A DNA stretch of 63,712 nucleotides, counting the filler. It is 10 parts of 10 records of this genome, joined end to end, with 100 filler letters (N's around TTAATTAATTAA, not from the genome) between each part and the next. Parts side by side here need not be neighbours in the genome. Positions count along the whole stretch, not along the records: positions 25,319 to 32,243 come from SRR20825010_4388; positions 32,344 to 41,067 come from SRR20825010_4389; positions 41,168 to 46,006 come from SRR20825010_4401; 7 more parts are not named here. One strand, 5' to 3'. The notes below the pieces were generated by a model. It had not been told where the DNA came from, did not search any database, and saw only the letters and a list, made by a program, of their open reading frames with translations. The translations under genes and the position numbers were made by a program. Shown one piece after another: positions 30,073-43,442 of the stretch (position 1 is the first letter of the stretch; every line of letters begins with the position of its first letter).

Positions 30073-30455
30073 CGCAATCCCTTGCCAATGGCCACCAGGA
30101 TCACAAAGTTGAGCCATGGCACGCGCATGATCCCGCCAACCAGGGTCAGTGCGTCGCCTCCCAGTGGCAGCCAGCCCAGAAGCAGTGACCATTGCCCGTA
30201 ACGGTTGAAGCGGGTGCGGGCCTTTTCGAGCTGGGATTCGGAGATCGGAAACCAGCGTTTGTGCTTAAAGCGATCCACCTGCCGGCCGATAACCCCATTA
30301 ATAACCGAGCCTGCGGTGTTGCCCGCCGTTGCCCAGAACCATATCCACCAGAGCGAATAGCCTTGAGTCACCATGCCGCCAAGGAGAATTTCCGAATAGG
30401 CCGGCAGTATTGTTGCTGCGGCCAGTGCGGTCATGAACAAAGTGAGATAGGCCAA
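30015..30455 (-). CDS. yqaA: YqaA/DedA family membrane protein
   Basis: AATILPAYSE, ATAGNTAGS, WSLLLGWLPLGGD, GKGLRY. Confidence 0.85.
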   Translation of the reverse strand: MAYLTLFMTALAAATILPAYSEILLGGMVTQGYSLWWIWFWATAGNTAGSVINGVIGRQVDRFKHKRWFPISESQLEKARTRFNRYGQWSLLLGWLPLGGDALTLVGGIMRVPWLNFVILVAIGKGLRYGLVIWLVLEASGVPGSP

Positions 30456-30560
30456 TGGACGCTCCTGGTGAGATGAATGCCGATCAGGCTCTAATGGCAG
30501 CCGTGCCTTCAGGGCACTAAGCTGATAATGAATCCCTATCTGAGACAGGTTGCTGTACCA

Positions 30561-32243
30561 ATGAAAAAACTGTCACTGCGTTTCAAACTCTATGCTCTGG
30601 TTATTACGCTGCTGCTGGTTATGGGAATCAGTATTGTGGTGACTGCCCAGCTTTCCCTGGGACAGATGGAGCAGCGAATCACCTCCGAAACCCGTGATAC
30701 GGTGCGAAGCCTTGCCATCGACCGGCTGAGCGCAACCGCCGGGAAATACGGTGAGGTTGTCAGCGGCATGTTTGCCACAGCGTATCGGACACCGGAAGTC
30801 GTCCGCAACGTCATCAGTCGGAATATACAGGCGGACAGTTCCGGCCGCATCAGCCGCGTTGCCCTTCAGGAAACGGTGGGTGCGGTTCTGGAAGAGCAGG
30901 ATGGGCTGAGCTCGATCTATGCCCAGTTCGAACCGGACGCCTACGACGGCCAGGACCGCTACTTCACCGGTGGTGTTGAAGAGCACAGCAGCGATGAAGG
31001 CACCCTGGAAATCTATTATTACCGCTCTCCCGAGGGCGATGTGGTCTTTAGTCGCACTGAGGATCCGGCTACCAAGTATCTGGATAACCGGAATGAGTTC
31101 GGTATTCGCGAGGCGGAATGGTACCTGTGTTCCAAGGATACCCTGTCCCCTTGCATCATGGAGCCTTACGAATACGAAATTGAAGAGGGCTATACCGAAC
31201 TGATGACCAGCCTGGTCGTGCCCATTATGAACGGGAACGAGTTTGCGGGCGTGGCCGGCGTTGACCTCAACCTGTCAACGCTCCAGAAAGCGATCCAGAA
31301 TGTCAGTGATAACCTCTATGACGGCGCATCAAGGGTGACCCTGCTGAGCAGTAAGGGGCTGATTGCTGCATCCAGCCACTACAGTGAACATCTAGGCCGG
31401 CCGTTGTCAGAAGCATTGCCTGAGCAGGCTGAAACATACGCTTCCCTGCACAATGACGGCGGTACCTACGACGATGGCGACACGCTGGCCGTGTCTTACC
31501 CCATCGAGATTGACCTGCCGGATGCCCAGTGGTCACTGTTGATCGAATTACCACGTCAGACCGCGCTGGCTGATGTTGCCGAAATCACCGGCCTGCTGTC
31601 CAGCGAGGTGGATACCACCGCCGGGCGTCAGACCATGGTGGGTGTACTGGTGTCGGTAGTGGCGATCCTGATTCTGGTGGTGCTGGTTCGCTCGGTAACC
31701 AAACCCTTGAACGAAATCCGTGACCGGATGAAGAACCTGGCCAGTGCTGAAGGGGATCTGACCAGTGAGTTGAACATTGATACCCACTCGGAGCTGATCG
31801 AGCTGGCCGGCGGGTTCAACCAGTTCCTGGGCCGGTTACGGGAAATGATCAACGACCTGAAAGATGTCAACGCCAAGGTCAGCCAGCAGGCGGCAGACGT
31901 GGATGTGATCGCCAAGGAAACGGATGAGCAAACCGAAAGCCAGCATCAGGACATCGAAAGCGTGGTTACCGCCATGAACGAAATGTCCGCCGCTGCCAGT
32001 GAAGTGGCAGGTTTCGCGGGTGAGGCAGCTGAAAACGCGCAGATGGCCCAGGATGGCATCCGTTTTACCCAGGATACGCTGACGTCTGCCCTCGACGGCG
32101 TGGGTGCATTGGCGGGCGATATGGATGAGGCCAGCACTGCGATAGGGCAGGTTGCCACTCGCAGTGAGGACATTAACCGTATTATCGAAGTGATCCGGGG
32201 AATCGCGGAACAGACCAACCTGCTGGCGCTGAACGCCGCCATT
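30561..32243 (+). CDS. Methyl-accepting chemotaxis protein, dCache-HAMP-MCP (3' truncated)
   Basis: Two TM, EWY..PCIMEPY sensor, HAMP, IAEQTNLLALNAAI. Confidence 0.95.
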
Positions 32244-32343
32244 NNNNNNNNNNNNNNNNNNNNNNNNNNNNNNNNNNNNNNNNNNNNTTAATTAATTAAN
32301 NNNNNNNNNNNNNNNNNNNNNNNNNNNNNNNNNNNNNNNNNNN

Positions 32344-32832
<489 letters not shown>

Positions 32833-32836
32833 ACCT

Positions 32837-33385
32837 GTGCTGAGAGCAGGCCATAACCGCGCAAAGCAATGGCGGCCGGCTCTGCTGGCACTGCTCACGC
32901 TCGGACTCAGCGCAGGGTGTTCGCCGGAAGTCAGCGTCAGTGAACCTTCGGACGACTTCCCGCAGATGCGGACCTATACTCTGGAAAAATCAGCACTACC
33001 CTCTGCAGCCGGCCCCGGTTTTCACAACGTGGCCCTCTGGGCCAGCACGGTTCGCAATAACCAGCGCCTTCTCTCCGAAGAAAGCGTCGCGTTGATGTTC
33101 GCCCTGCGAGCGCCTGAGCATCAAATCGAAGCGGACAATCCGGTCACCCTGACAATCGATGGCGAAGCGCACCGTGTTGGCAAACCGTTTTACGATGGTG
33201 GCATGCGTTACGGTGATGAAATCCGGGAAACGGTAGGCCTGGACCTGCCCTTCCCGTTGTTCCGGTCCCTGGCCTATGCCGACGCCGTGTTTCTGGCTCT
33301 GGGAAACAAGACCATCCCACTCTCCCACCACAACCGAGAAGGGCTACGCAGCCTCACTGAACAACTGCAAAGCAGCCCTCAGTAA
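32837..33385 (+). CDS. Hypothetical lipoprotein
   Basis: LLALLTLGLSAGC lipobox-like signal; start codon uncertain (GTG 32837). Confidence 0.55.
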   Translation: MLRAGHNRAKQWRPALLALLTLGLSAGCSPEVSVSEPSDDFPQMRTYTLEKSALPSAAGPGFHNVALWASTVRNNQRLLSEESVALMFALRAPEHQIEADNPVTLTIDGEAHRVGKPFYDGGMRYGDEIRETVGLDLPFPLFRSLAYADAVFLALGNKTIPLSHHNREGLRSLTEQLQSSPQ

Positions 33386-33522
33386 CCCCCTCAACACCCT
33401 GTTGACTGGCTTTTGAAGCTTTCTTTACCACCAACCCTGCCAATGTAAAACCGCCTCATCTGGCTATTATTCCACCGTTTTCTGCTGATTTTATTGGGTC
33501 ACTGACCCGAGGAGTAATACCG

Positions 33523-33651
33523 ATGCGCACTCTATTGATCGTGCTGGGCCTTGCCGTGTCCACCCTTGCCACTGCCGAAGCCCGCGCCCCCACCGATGCC
33601 GAAATGCAGCAACTGGATATCATTCAGCAATCCTGGATTTTTCAGGGCTGA
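33523..33651 (+). CDS. Small secreted peptide, 42 aa (not in the ORF track)
   Basis: GAGGAG RBS; MRTLLIVLGLAVSTLATAEARAPTDAEMQQLDIIQQSWIFQG; followed by its own terminator. Confidence 0.7.
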   Translation: MRTLLIVLGLAVSTLATAEARAPTDAEMQQLDIIQQSWIFQG

Positions 33652-33660
33652 TTGATTCCC

Positions 33661-33690
33661 GCAAAAGCCGGCCCCTGCGCCGGCTTTTGC
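33661..33690 (+). terminator. Rho-independent terminator
   Basis: GCAAAAGCCGGC-ccctgc-GCCGGCTTTTGC. Confidence 0.8.
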
Positions 33691-33816
33691 GCTTATGCCG
33701 CGCTTTCTCCACCCCTCCCCCCCTTTTGCCTCTTTCTGCCACGCACTGCTCGCGATACTCTTGATCCATACTCGGCAACGCCGTGTGATCGGCACGAACA
33801 CAGAATGATTTTCCGG

Positions 33817-33845
33817 CTGTCATTACCGTGTCACATTAATGTCAT
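33817..33845 (+). promoter_or_regulatory. Pho box (three half-sites) upstream of ppk1
   Basis: CTGTCAT-tacc-GTGTCAC-atta-ATGTCAT with an exact 11-bp period. Confidence 0.85.
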
Positions 33846-33887
33846 GGAATAGGAACTCCACAATCCGGTTCCGGTCAGGACGACACC

Positions 33888-36002
33888 ATGAATTCTTTCT
33901 CCAGCGAACAGGGCGTCAACGAACAGAGCGCCGTCGACCTCAACAGCAGCGACTTTAACAACCCGGATTACTACCTGAACCGGGAACTCAGCCTGTTGCA
34001 GTTCAATCTGCGCGTCCTTGAGCAGGCCATGGACGAGAATCATCCCTTGATGGAGCGGCTGAATTTCCTGCTGATTTTTTCCAGCAACATGGACGAGTTC
34101 TTCGAAATTCGCGTGGCCGGCCTGAAGAATAAACTGGAAACACACACCGGCCAGCCCGGCCCTGATGGCATGCTGCCCGATGAACTGTTGAAATCCATCA
34201 GTGCCATTACCCACGAAGCCGTGGACCGCCAGTACCGCATCCTCAACGACGTACTGCTTCCCGCCCTGCGAGAAGAAGGGGTGGATTTTCTTCGGCGCGA
34301 AGACTGGACCGAAGCCCAGGTTGAATGGGTTAAAAAATATTTTCGCGAGCAAATTTATCCCGTGCTCACACCCATCGCACTGGACCCGTCACACCCGTTC
34401 CCGCGCCTGGTGAACAAAAGCTTGAACTTCATTGTTCCGCTGGACGGCAAGGACGCTTTTGGCCGCTCTACAGGCCTGGCCATTGTGCCGGCACCGCGTT
34501 CCCTGCCCCGCCTGATTCGTATTCCCGACGAAATAAGCGAAGGGGGTGACGACAATTTCGTGTTTCTTTCCTCCATGATCCATGCCCACGTATCCGACCT
34601 GTTCCCGGGCATGAAGGCCACCGGTTGCTACCAGTTCCGGGTAACCCGCAACGCCGATATGGAAGTGGACGAAGAAGTCGAAGACCTGGCCAGCGCCCTG
34701 AAAGGCCAATTGCTGTCACGTCGTTACGGGGATGAAGTACGCCTGGAAGTGGCCGACAACTGCCCGCGCCACCTGATGCATTATCTGCTGGAACAGTTCG
34801 AACTCACCGAGGAAGATCTGTACGAAGTGAACGGCCCGGTGAACCTGGCGCGCATGTTTACCAGCGTCAACCGCCCGCGACTGCACTACCCGCCCTTTAC
34901 CCCCAAGCTGGCGCCGGCGGTGAAAAAAAATGAAACCATTTTTGATGCTATCGACCAGGGCGACATCCTGCTGCACCACCCCTACGAATCGTTCCAGCCG
35001 GTGATTAACCTGCTGGCAGAAGCCGCGCGTGACCCCAAAGTACTGGCCATCAAGCAGACCCTGTATCGCACCGGCACCAAATCGGAAATTCTCGACCACC
35101 TGGAAACGGCCGCACGCAATGGCAAGGAAGTCACCGCCATCGTGGAACTGCGCGCCCGCTTCGATGAAGAATCCAATATCGAAGGTGCCCGGCGTCTGCA
35201 GGAAGCCGGTGCCATCGTGGTGTACGGCGTGGTGGGCTACAAGACCCACGCAAAAATGCTGCTGGTGGTACGCCGTGACGGCGATGGCATCAAACGCTAT
35301 GTGCACCTGGGCACCGGTAATTACCACACCAAGACCACCAAGCTGTACACCGATTACGGTCTGATGACCTGTGAAAAAAGCATGGGTCAGGACGTGCACA
35401 AAATCTTTCAGGAACTGACGGGCATGGGCAAGGCGGCACGGCTCAAGCAGCTGAAACATTCACCGTTCACCCTGCACCCCTCCGTTATCGAGTGGATCGA
35501 GTTTGAAACGGAACAGGCGCTGGCCGGTAAACCGGCGCGCATTATTGCCAAGTTCAACTCACTGACCGAAGAGAACATCATGCAGGCGCTCTATCGGGCC
35601 AGCCAGGCGGGTGTGGAAATTGACCTGATCGTTCGCGGCATCTGCTGCCTGAAACCCGGCATCCCCGGGCTTTCGGAGAACATTCGCGTACGCTCCATTA
35701 TCGGCCGGTTCCTGGAGCACACCCGTATTTACCATTTTCACCACGGCGGTGACGACCTGGTGTACTGCTCCAGTGCTGACTGGATGGATCGCAACCTGTT
35801 CAACCGCGTGGAAACCTGTTTCCCGGTGAATGATCCGGTACTCAAGGCACAGATTCTGGAACAGGGCCTGCATATCTATCTGCGCGACAACACCCGCGCC
35901 TGGGAACTGCAACCGGACGGCCGCTACCAGCGAGCCCAACCGCAAGAAGGCGAGGAGAGTTTCATCGCCCAGCAGAGTCTGCTGGATACGCTGGGAGGGT
36001 AA
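33888..36002 (+). CDS. ppk1: Polyphosphate kinase 1
   Basis: [44 protein letters not shown]. Confidence 0.97.
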   Translation: MNSFSSEQGVNEQSAVDLNSSDFNNPDYYLNRELSLLQFNLRVLEQAMDENHPLMERLNFLLIFSSNMDEFFEIRVAGLKNKLETHTGQPGPDGMLPDELLKSISAITHEAVDRQYRILNDVLLPALREEGVDFLRREDWTEAQVEWVKKYFREQIYPVLTPIALDPSHPFPRLVNKSLNFIVPLDGKDAFGRSTGLAIVPAPRSLPRLIRIPDEISEGGDDNFVFLSSMIHAHVSDLFPGMKATGCYQFRVTRNADMEVDEEVEDLASALKGQLLSRRYGDEVRLEVADNCPRHLMHYLLEQFELTEEDLYEVNGPVNLARMFTSVNRPRLHYPPFTPKLAPAVKKNETIFDAIDQGDILLHHPYESFQPVINLLAEAARDPKVLAIKQTLYRTGTKSEILDHLETAARNGKEVTAIVELRARFDEESNIEGARRLQEAGAIVVYGVVGYKTHAKMLLVVRRDGDGIKRYVHLGTGNYHTKTTKLYTDYGLMTCEKSMGQDVHKIFQELTGMGKAARLKQLKHSPFTLHPSVIEWIEFETEQALAGKPARIIAKFNSLTEENIMQALYRASQAGVEIDLIVRGICCLKPGIPGLSENIRVRSIIGRFLEHTRIYHFHHGGDDLVYCSSADWMDRNLFNRVETCFPVNDPVLKAQILEQGLHIYLRDNTRAWELQPDGRYQRAQPQEGEESFIAQQSLLDTLGG

Positions 36003-36023
36003 GACGACTTCTAGCTACTAGCT

Positions 36024-36065
36024 TTCAAGAGGGTGCCCCGCCCGAAGCGGGACCCCCCTCTTGAA
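36024..36065. terminator. Hairpin between convergent ppk1 and ppx
   Basis: TTCAAGAGGG...CCCTCTTGAA with an inner stem. Confidence 0.6.
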
Positions 36066-36079
36066 TAGCTGTTTTATTC

Positions 36080-37570
36080 TCACGCCAATACAAGCTGGTA
36101 GCCTGCCGCCAGGAAGTAGTCGTGTTCCTGCTCCAGATCCGCCTGGGTGAGCGGGTGCTCCTCCAGCCACCCGGGCGGGAAGGTGATGGCAAGCCGTTCA
36201 CCACGAGCCTGCAAGCGAATCTCCGGGACATCTTCATCACTGCGTGCATGGTGCAAACGCACCGCCAAACGCAACACAAGACACAGCCGCAACAATCCGG
36301 TTTGCTCATCGTCCGGCAATTCCGCCAGCGCGGCCAACGGCACCTTGCGACGGTGCCCACGCACCATCAGCGCCACCATCTGCTGCTCCTGACGGGAAAA
36401 ACCCGGCAAATCAGAATTGGTAACCAGATAAGCACCATGCTTGTGGAACTGACTGTGCGACACCGCCAGTCCCACTTCGTGGAGCAGCCCCCCCCAACGC
36501 AAGGTATCGGCAGCTTCATCGCCTTCGATTTGCCAGTCACTGGCCACCTGCTGGTAAAACGCCTGCGCCGTGGCACACACCCGCTCCGCCTGACTGCTTT
36601 CCACATGATGGCGATTCATCAACGCCTGAATACTGCGGTCACGCACATCCTCGTGGCCGAAACGGCCCAGCAGGTCATACAGCAACCCTTCACGCAGGGC
36701 CCCGCTGGACACCTCCATCTGATCAATACCCAGCTGCTCGAAAATGCCGTACAAAATAGCCAGGCCGGAAGCAAAAATGGGTTGCCGGTCTTCTCGCAAG
36801 CCTTTCAGATCCAGCTTGTCCACGGACCCAGCCTTGATCACCCGCTTGCGGACTTTTTTCATGCCTTCCAGCGTGATGCCAAACTCGGACCAGCCATTGT
36901 CCACGCACACCTGGCTGATCGCCTTGATGGTGCCGGACGCCCCCACTGCCTGCTGCCAGCCCAGGCGTCGGTAGTTGGCATGAATGGACAACACTTCCTG
37001 GCGCGCTGCCGTCACCGCCCGGTCAAAGGCTTTTTCGGTAATCTCCCCGTTAGGGAAAAACCGCTGGGCAAAGCTGACACACCCCATATGCAGCGATTCG
37101 GTTTCCGTGGACTCAAACCGCTCCCCGATGATCAGCTCCGTGGAGCCACCACCGATATCCACCACCAGCCGCTGCCCCGCGTCATCAGCAAGAGTGTGGG
37201 CGACCCCCAGATAGATCAGACGTGCCTCTTCCCGGCCAGCCACCACTTCAATGTCGTGGCCCAGCACCGCCTCTGCGCGGCGGATAAACTCCCGGGCGTT
37301 GCGCGCCTGGCGCAGGGTATTGGTCCCCACCACCCGCACGCTACCGCGCGGAATACCGGCTATACGCTGGGCAAACCGGCCCAGGCATTCCAGCGCTCGC
37401 TCCTGGGTATCCGCGTCCAGGCGGTTTTCTCTGTCCAGCCCCGCCCCCAGTTGCACCTTCTCAGACAGCCCGTCGAGGATCTGGATTTCCCCCTGTGCCT
37501 GGCGGGCTACCACCATATGAAAACTGTTCGACCCCAAATCAATGGCAGCCAGATGTTCGCCATGCTCCAT
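36080..37570 (-). CDS. ppx: Exopolyphosphatase
   Basis: AIDLGSNSFHM, GREEARLIY, DIGGGSTE, GALREG, LHEVG; AAGGAG RBS. Confidence 0.95.
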   Translation of the reverse strand: MEHGEHLAAIDLGSNSFHMVVARQAQGEIQILDGLSEKVQLGAGLDRENRLDADTQERALECLGRFAQRIAGIPRGSVRVVGTNTLRQARNAREFIRRAEAVLGHDIEVVAGREEARLIYLGVAHTLADDAGQRLVVDIGGGSTELIIGERFESTETESLHMGCVSFAQRFFPNGEITEKAFDRAVTAARQEVLSIHANYRRLGWQQAVGASGTIKAISQVCVDNGWSEFGITLEGMKKVRKRVIKAGSVDKLDLKGLREDRQPIFASGLAILYGIFEQLGIDQMEVSSGALREGLLYDLLGRFGHEDVRDRSIQALMNRHHVESSQAERVCATAQAFYQQVASDWQIEGDEAADTLRWGGLLHEVGLAVSHSQFHKHGAYLVTNSDLPGFSRQEQQMVALMVRGHRRKVPLAALAELPDDEQTGLLRLCLVLRLAVRLHHARSDEDVPEIRLQARGERLAITFPPGWLEEHPLTQADLEQEHDYFLAAGYQLVLA

Positions 37571-37757
37571 AGTCACTCCTTCCTTTGGACCGATTCTATC
37601 CAAAAATCATGGCGTTACGATGTCATAGGCAGCAACTACAGCGATAATTAACTGCCTCGCTTGAAATTCATCACCCGCAACCTGATATTATTCCCCATCG
37701 CAGAGGCCAGTTAACAACCCTGACTGATCTCTGAAACCTTTATATCAGGAGAATTCA

Positions 37758-38084
37758 ATGAGCGGCGAGATTATCAACGTGACCGACGCGGACTTCGAAG
37801 CCCAGGTCATCAACGCAGACGGCCCCGTGCTGGTCGACTACTGGGCCCCTTGGTGCGGCCCCTGCAAAATGGTCGCGCCGATCCTTGAGCAACTGGTTGG
37901 CGAGTACGGCGACAAGCTGACCATTGCCAAAATCAACATCGATGACAACCCGGAAACCCCCAAGAAGTACGGCGTACGTGGCATTCCCACCCTGACCGTA
38001 TTCAAGAACGGCAACGTGGAAGCCACCAAAGTGGGCGCTCTGTCCAAGAGCCAGCTGACCGCATTCCTGGACAGCACCCTCTAA
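37758..38084 (+). CDS. trxA: Thioredoxin
   Basis: WAPWCGPCK; ppx-trxA-rho synteny. Confidence 0.97.
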   Translation: MSGEIINVTDADFEAQVINADGPVLVDYWAPWCGPCKMVAPILEQLVGEYGDKLTIAKINIDDNPETPKKYGVRGIPTLTVFKNGNVEATKVGALSKSQLTAFLDSTL

Positions 38085-38101
38085 GAAAGCCGGCACGCCC
38101 C

Positions 38102-38127
38102 AACCCTCCCCCTCAGGGGAGGGTTTT
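38102..38127 (+). terminator. Terminator after trxA
   Basis: AACCCTCCCC-ctca-GGGGAGGGTT-TT. Confidence 0.75.
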
Positions 38128-38369
38128 CCTGCTTGCAGCGTGTTACATGTTGCGTGTTGCATGCGGGCCCCCACAGTGATAGATTCCAGAACCAGCTTTA
38201 ATAAAGCACCCCCTTTAGTTAGTCCTCGGAACCTCTGGTTACCTATTTTCCTTATGGCCCTCTTTAGGCTTGCCGGGCCAGATTCCGAATAAACCGGATT
38301 ATCAAAACAACTGCAGCACCGCGGTGGTGCATCCTCTCAATTCATCCAAAGACACCAAATTAGACGCCA

Positions 38370-39629
<1,260 letters not shown>

Positions 39630-39663
39630 GAGGCGCTTCAGGCTGCATGCTTCAGGCAACACG

Positions 39664-39689
39664 CAAAACCCCGCTTCGGCGGGGTTTTG
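39664..39689 (+). terminator. Terminator after rho
   Basis: CAAAACCCCGC-TTCG-GCGGGGTTTTG. Confidence 0.88.
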
Positions 39690-39810
39690 TTGTTTTGGGA
39701 CCAGGTTTGTTAGTTTTCTTTACGTCAGACATCAAGCATCCAGCGTCTAGCATCCTTACTGTTATACTCGCCGCAGAACCCGCCCGGTTACCGAATCAAC
39801 AAGGAACGCC

Positions 39811-41067
39811 ATGAAATACCGCGATCTTCGAGACTTCATTTCCCAGCTAGAGCAACTCGGCGAGCTTAAGCGCATCACGGTGCCGGTGGACCCCAATCTG
39901 GAAATGACGGAAATCTGCGACCGCACCCTGCGCGCCGGCGGGCCCGCCCTGCTGTTTGAAAACCCGGTGGGGTTCGGCACCCCGGTACTGGGTAACCTGT
40001 TCGGTACCGAACGACGGGTGGCGCTGGGCATGGGGCGAGACTCGGTGGCAGAGCTGCGTGAGCTGGGCGAACTGCTGGCCTTTCTCAAGGAACCGGAACC
40101 GCCCAAGGGCTTTCGCGACGCCTGGGAAAAACTGCCGGTGTTTCGCAAAGTCCTGAGCATGAGCCCCAAGGTGTCCAATTCCGGCCCCTGCCAGGAAAAG
40201 GTATTGGAAGGCGACGAAGTGGACCTGTACAAGTTACCCATCCAGACCTGCTGGCCCGATGATGCCGGGCCACTGGTGACCTGGCCGTTGGTCATCACCC
40301 GCGGCCCCAACAAGGAACGCCAGAACCTGGGGATTTACCGCCAGCAACTGATTGGCCGCAACAAGCTGATCATGCGCTGGCTTAGCCACCGCGGCGGCGC
40401 GCTGGATTTCCAGGAATGGCAGCAGCAACACCCCGGCGAACCGTTCCCGGTGAGCGTGGCACTGGGCGCCGACCCGGCCACCATTCTCGGCGCCGTCACC
40501 CCGGTGCCGGATACCCTGAGCGAATACGCCTTTGCCGGTTTGCTGCGGGGCTCCAAGACCGAGCTGGTGAAATGCATCGGCAATGACCTGCAAGTACCCG
40601 CCAGTGCCGAGTTTGTCCTGGAAGGCTATCTCTATCCGGATGACATGGCCGACGAGGGCCCCTTTGGCGACCACACCGGTTACTACAACGAAGTGGAACG
40701 TTTCCCGGTATTCACCGTGGAACGCATCACCCATCGTCGCGACCCGATTTACCACAGCACCTACACCGGCCGGCCACCCGATGAGCCCGCCGTGCTGGGC
40801 GTGGCCATGAACGAAATTTTCGTGCCGATCCTGAAAAAACAGTTTCCGGAAATCGTGGATTTTTACCTGCCCCCGGAAGGCTGCTCCTACCGCATGGCGG
40901 TGGTGACCATGAAGAAACAGTATCCCGGCCACGCCAAGCGCGTAATGATGGGCGTGTGGTCTTTTCTGCGGCAATTCATGTACACCAAATTCGTGATCGT
41001 CTGCGATGACGATGTAAATGCCCGTGACTGGAAAGATGTGATCTGGGCCATGACCACCCGCATGGAT
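39811..41067 (+). CDS. ubiD: 4-hydroxy-3-polyprenylbenzoate decarboxylase (3' truncated)
   Basis: [28 protein letters not shown]; follows rho. Confidence 0.96.
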
Positions 41068-41167
41068 NNNNNNNNNNNNNNNNNNNNNNNNNNNNNNNNN
41101 NNNNNNNNNNNTTAATTAATTAANNNNNNNNNNNNNNNNNNNNNNNNNNNNNNNNNNNNNNNNNNNN

Positions 41168-41633
41168 GGATCTGGCAATGCCCGCCGGATACCAGCAGTA
41201 ACAGATAGGGGAACGGCACGTCGTCTGCGAGCCGCACGGTCAGCGCGTGCCCTTCAAGGTGGTTGACCGAAACAAACGGTTTGCCGGTGGCTTGTGCAAT
41301 CGCCTTCGCTGTCATCACACCCACCATCAAACCGCCCACAAGGCCGGGCCCTGTGGTGGCAGCAATGGCGTCCAGATCATCAAAACCGATACCGGCGTCC
41401 TCCATCAGGGTCGCCAGCAGGTGGTCAAGGTGTGAGATATGCTGCCGGGCCGCAATTTCGGGCACCACACCACCAAACTCTGCATGGTCGTCAATTTGTG
41501 AGAGCACGCGGTGCGCCAACACAGTTTTATCGGCCGTAACAATGGCCGCGGCGGTCTCGTCACAGCTTGTCTCAATCCCCAGCACAACCGGGCGGGCCAG
41601 CGCCTTGGCATTATGACTTGGGGTTTGGGTCAT
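41168..41633 (-). CDS. tsaD: tRNA threonylcarbamoyladenosine transferase TsaD (3' truncated)
   Basis: [34 protein letters not shown]. Confidence 0.96.
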
Positions 41634-41754
41634 GCGAATTCCTGTGTTTGGGGCTTGGGCGACACGCTCTTACGCTCTATAAGCCATATCTTGAAGAGCA
41701 TCAAAGAGAAGCGGCACCCATATGCCGCGTCCGATACCACTGAGAGAGGGTTTC

Positions 41755-42714
41755 GTGCAACAAAGCATTAAAATTGGTACAAGGGGCAGCCCGCTCGCGC
41801 TTGCGCAGGCAAACGACGTGAAAGAGCGGCTGCTGGCGGCACATGGTGATCTCAAGGGTAGCGATATCGAGATTGTGGTGATCAAAACCACCGGTGACCG
41901 TATTCTTGACCGGCATTTGATGAACGCGGGCGGCAAGGGCCTTTTCACCAAGGAAATTGAAGACCAGCTACTGGACGGCAGCATTGACTGCGCGGTGCAC
42001 TCATCAAAAGACATGCCGACCAAATTGCCGGATGGGCTTGAGCTCAACGCCTTCCTGCCGCGTGAGGATGCGCGTGATGTGTTTATCAGCGCCCACCATG
42101 GCTCATTTGCCGAGTTGCCACAGGGCGCGAACCTCGGCACTGCGTCGCTCAGGCGGCGGGCGATGGCGCTCCGCCTCAGGCCTGACCTCAAGGTGGTGAC
42201 TTTCCGCGGCAATGTGCAAACCCGGCTGAGGAAACTGCGGGACGGTGAGGCAGCCGCCACTTTCCTGGCGCTCGCGGGTCTCAACCGGCTTGATATGAGC
42301 GACGCGGCCACGGAAGTTTTACCGCTTGATGATTTCCTGCCGGCGCCTGCGCAAGGGGCTGTGACGGTTGAAATCAGAAGCACGGATGAAGTGATGGCCT
42401 CGCGCCTCGCCCCGTTCCATTGCAGCAAAACGGCGCTGGCGGTAACGGCGGAACGGTCCTTCCTTGCCGCGCTTGACGGTTCTTGCCGTACCCCCATCGC
42501 GGCCTACGCGGAACTGAAGGATGGCGTGCTTTCCATGCGGGCCATGCTGCTTTCGCTTGATGGTCGCACCTTGTTTGAGAAATCAGGCACATGCGAGCCA
42601 GAGCTTGATGCAGCCCGCGCTCTCGGGCAGGATATGGGGACCGCGATCCGGGGGGATGCGGGCGAAGCGTTTTTTAAAGACCTCGCGAGTGCAATTGAAG
42701 CGGAGATCGAATGA
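41755..42714 (+). CDS. hemC: Hydroxymethylbilane synthase
   Basis: IGTRGSPLAL, GGKGLFTKE, VHSSKD, RGNVQTR, LDGSCRTPI. Confidence 0.96.
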   Translation: MQQSIKIGTRGSPLALAQANDVKERLLAAHGDLKGSDIEIVVIKTTGDRILDRHLMNAGGKGLFTKEIEDQLLDGSIDCAVHSSKDMPTKLPDGLELNAFLPREDARDVFISAHHGSFAELPQGANLGTASLRRRAMALRLRPDLKVVTFRGNVQTRLRKLRDGEAAATFLALAGLNRLDMSDAATEVLPLDDFLPAPAQGAVTVEIRSTDEVMASRLAPFHCSKTALAVTAERSFLAALDGSCRTPIAAYAELKDGVLSMRAMLLSLDGRTLFEKSGTCEPELDAARALGQDMGTAIRGDAGEAFFKDLASAIEAEIE

Positions 42715-43406
42715 GCACCGTACTTGTCACAAGACCGATTGACGAAGCCGGGCCAACGGCAGAAAAGCTCGAGGCGAAGGGCCATACGGTGATCATCGCG
42801 CCGATGATCCAGATCGATCCGGTCTCGTTTGAGATCCCGTCAGAAGACCGCAGTTTGATTGTCACCAGCAAAAATGGTGCGCGGCTAGGCCTCGCCAATA
42901 TTGGCAACAAGAGCCGCCCGATTTTTGCCGTGGGCGAACAAACCGCCGCTGAGGCCCGCGCACTTGGCTTTACCAACATCACCGTCGGGCCCGGCACTGC
43001 GCGGCAAATGGTGCCGATCCTGCTGGAGTGCGGCGTTAGCGAAAAGCGCAAATACACCCATCTGGGCGGCACCAATATCTCTTATAACATCGCGGACGTG
43101 CTTCGCGGCGAGGGTATCGACGCTGATTACACCGTGACCTATCAGGCCCGCCCGGTGCGCAGCTTCTCCGCCGGGGTGCAGGAAGCCATGGAAGAAGGCG
43201 AAATTGATACCGCGCTCTTTTATTCACCGCGCACCGCCACCATCTTTGAAGAAGCGACGGCGGAATATGGCCGCTCGGACTGGTTGAACAAGATGGACGC
43301 GACCTGCCTTTCAACGCGGGTAGCGGAAAATCTGATCGGCCCGTGGCGTTCCGTGCGTTATGCCATTATTCCGACCGAAAAGGCGCTGTTTTCCCTGCTT
43401 GATTAA
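42711..43406 (+). CDS. hemD: Uroporphyrinogen-III synthase
   Basis: VLVTRP, TSKNG, FAVGEQTA, FYSPRTA; ATGA overlap with hemC. Confidence 0.92.
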   Translation: MSTVLVTRPIDEAGPTAEKLEAKGHTVIIAPMIQIDPVSFEIPSEDRSLIVTSKNGARLGLANIGNKSRPIFAVGEQTAAEARALGFTNITVGPGTARQMVPILLECGVSEKRKYTHLGGTNISYNIADVLRGEGIDADYTVTYQARPVRSFSAGVQEAMEEGEIDTALFYSPRTATIFEEATAEYGRSDWLNKMDATCLSTRVAENLIGPWRSVRYAIIPTEKALFSLLD

Positions 43407-43442
43407 AGCTGGGTACTGTCATCAGGATCAAGGGAGCTATCT

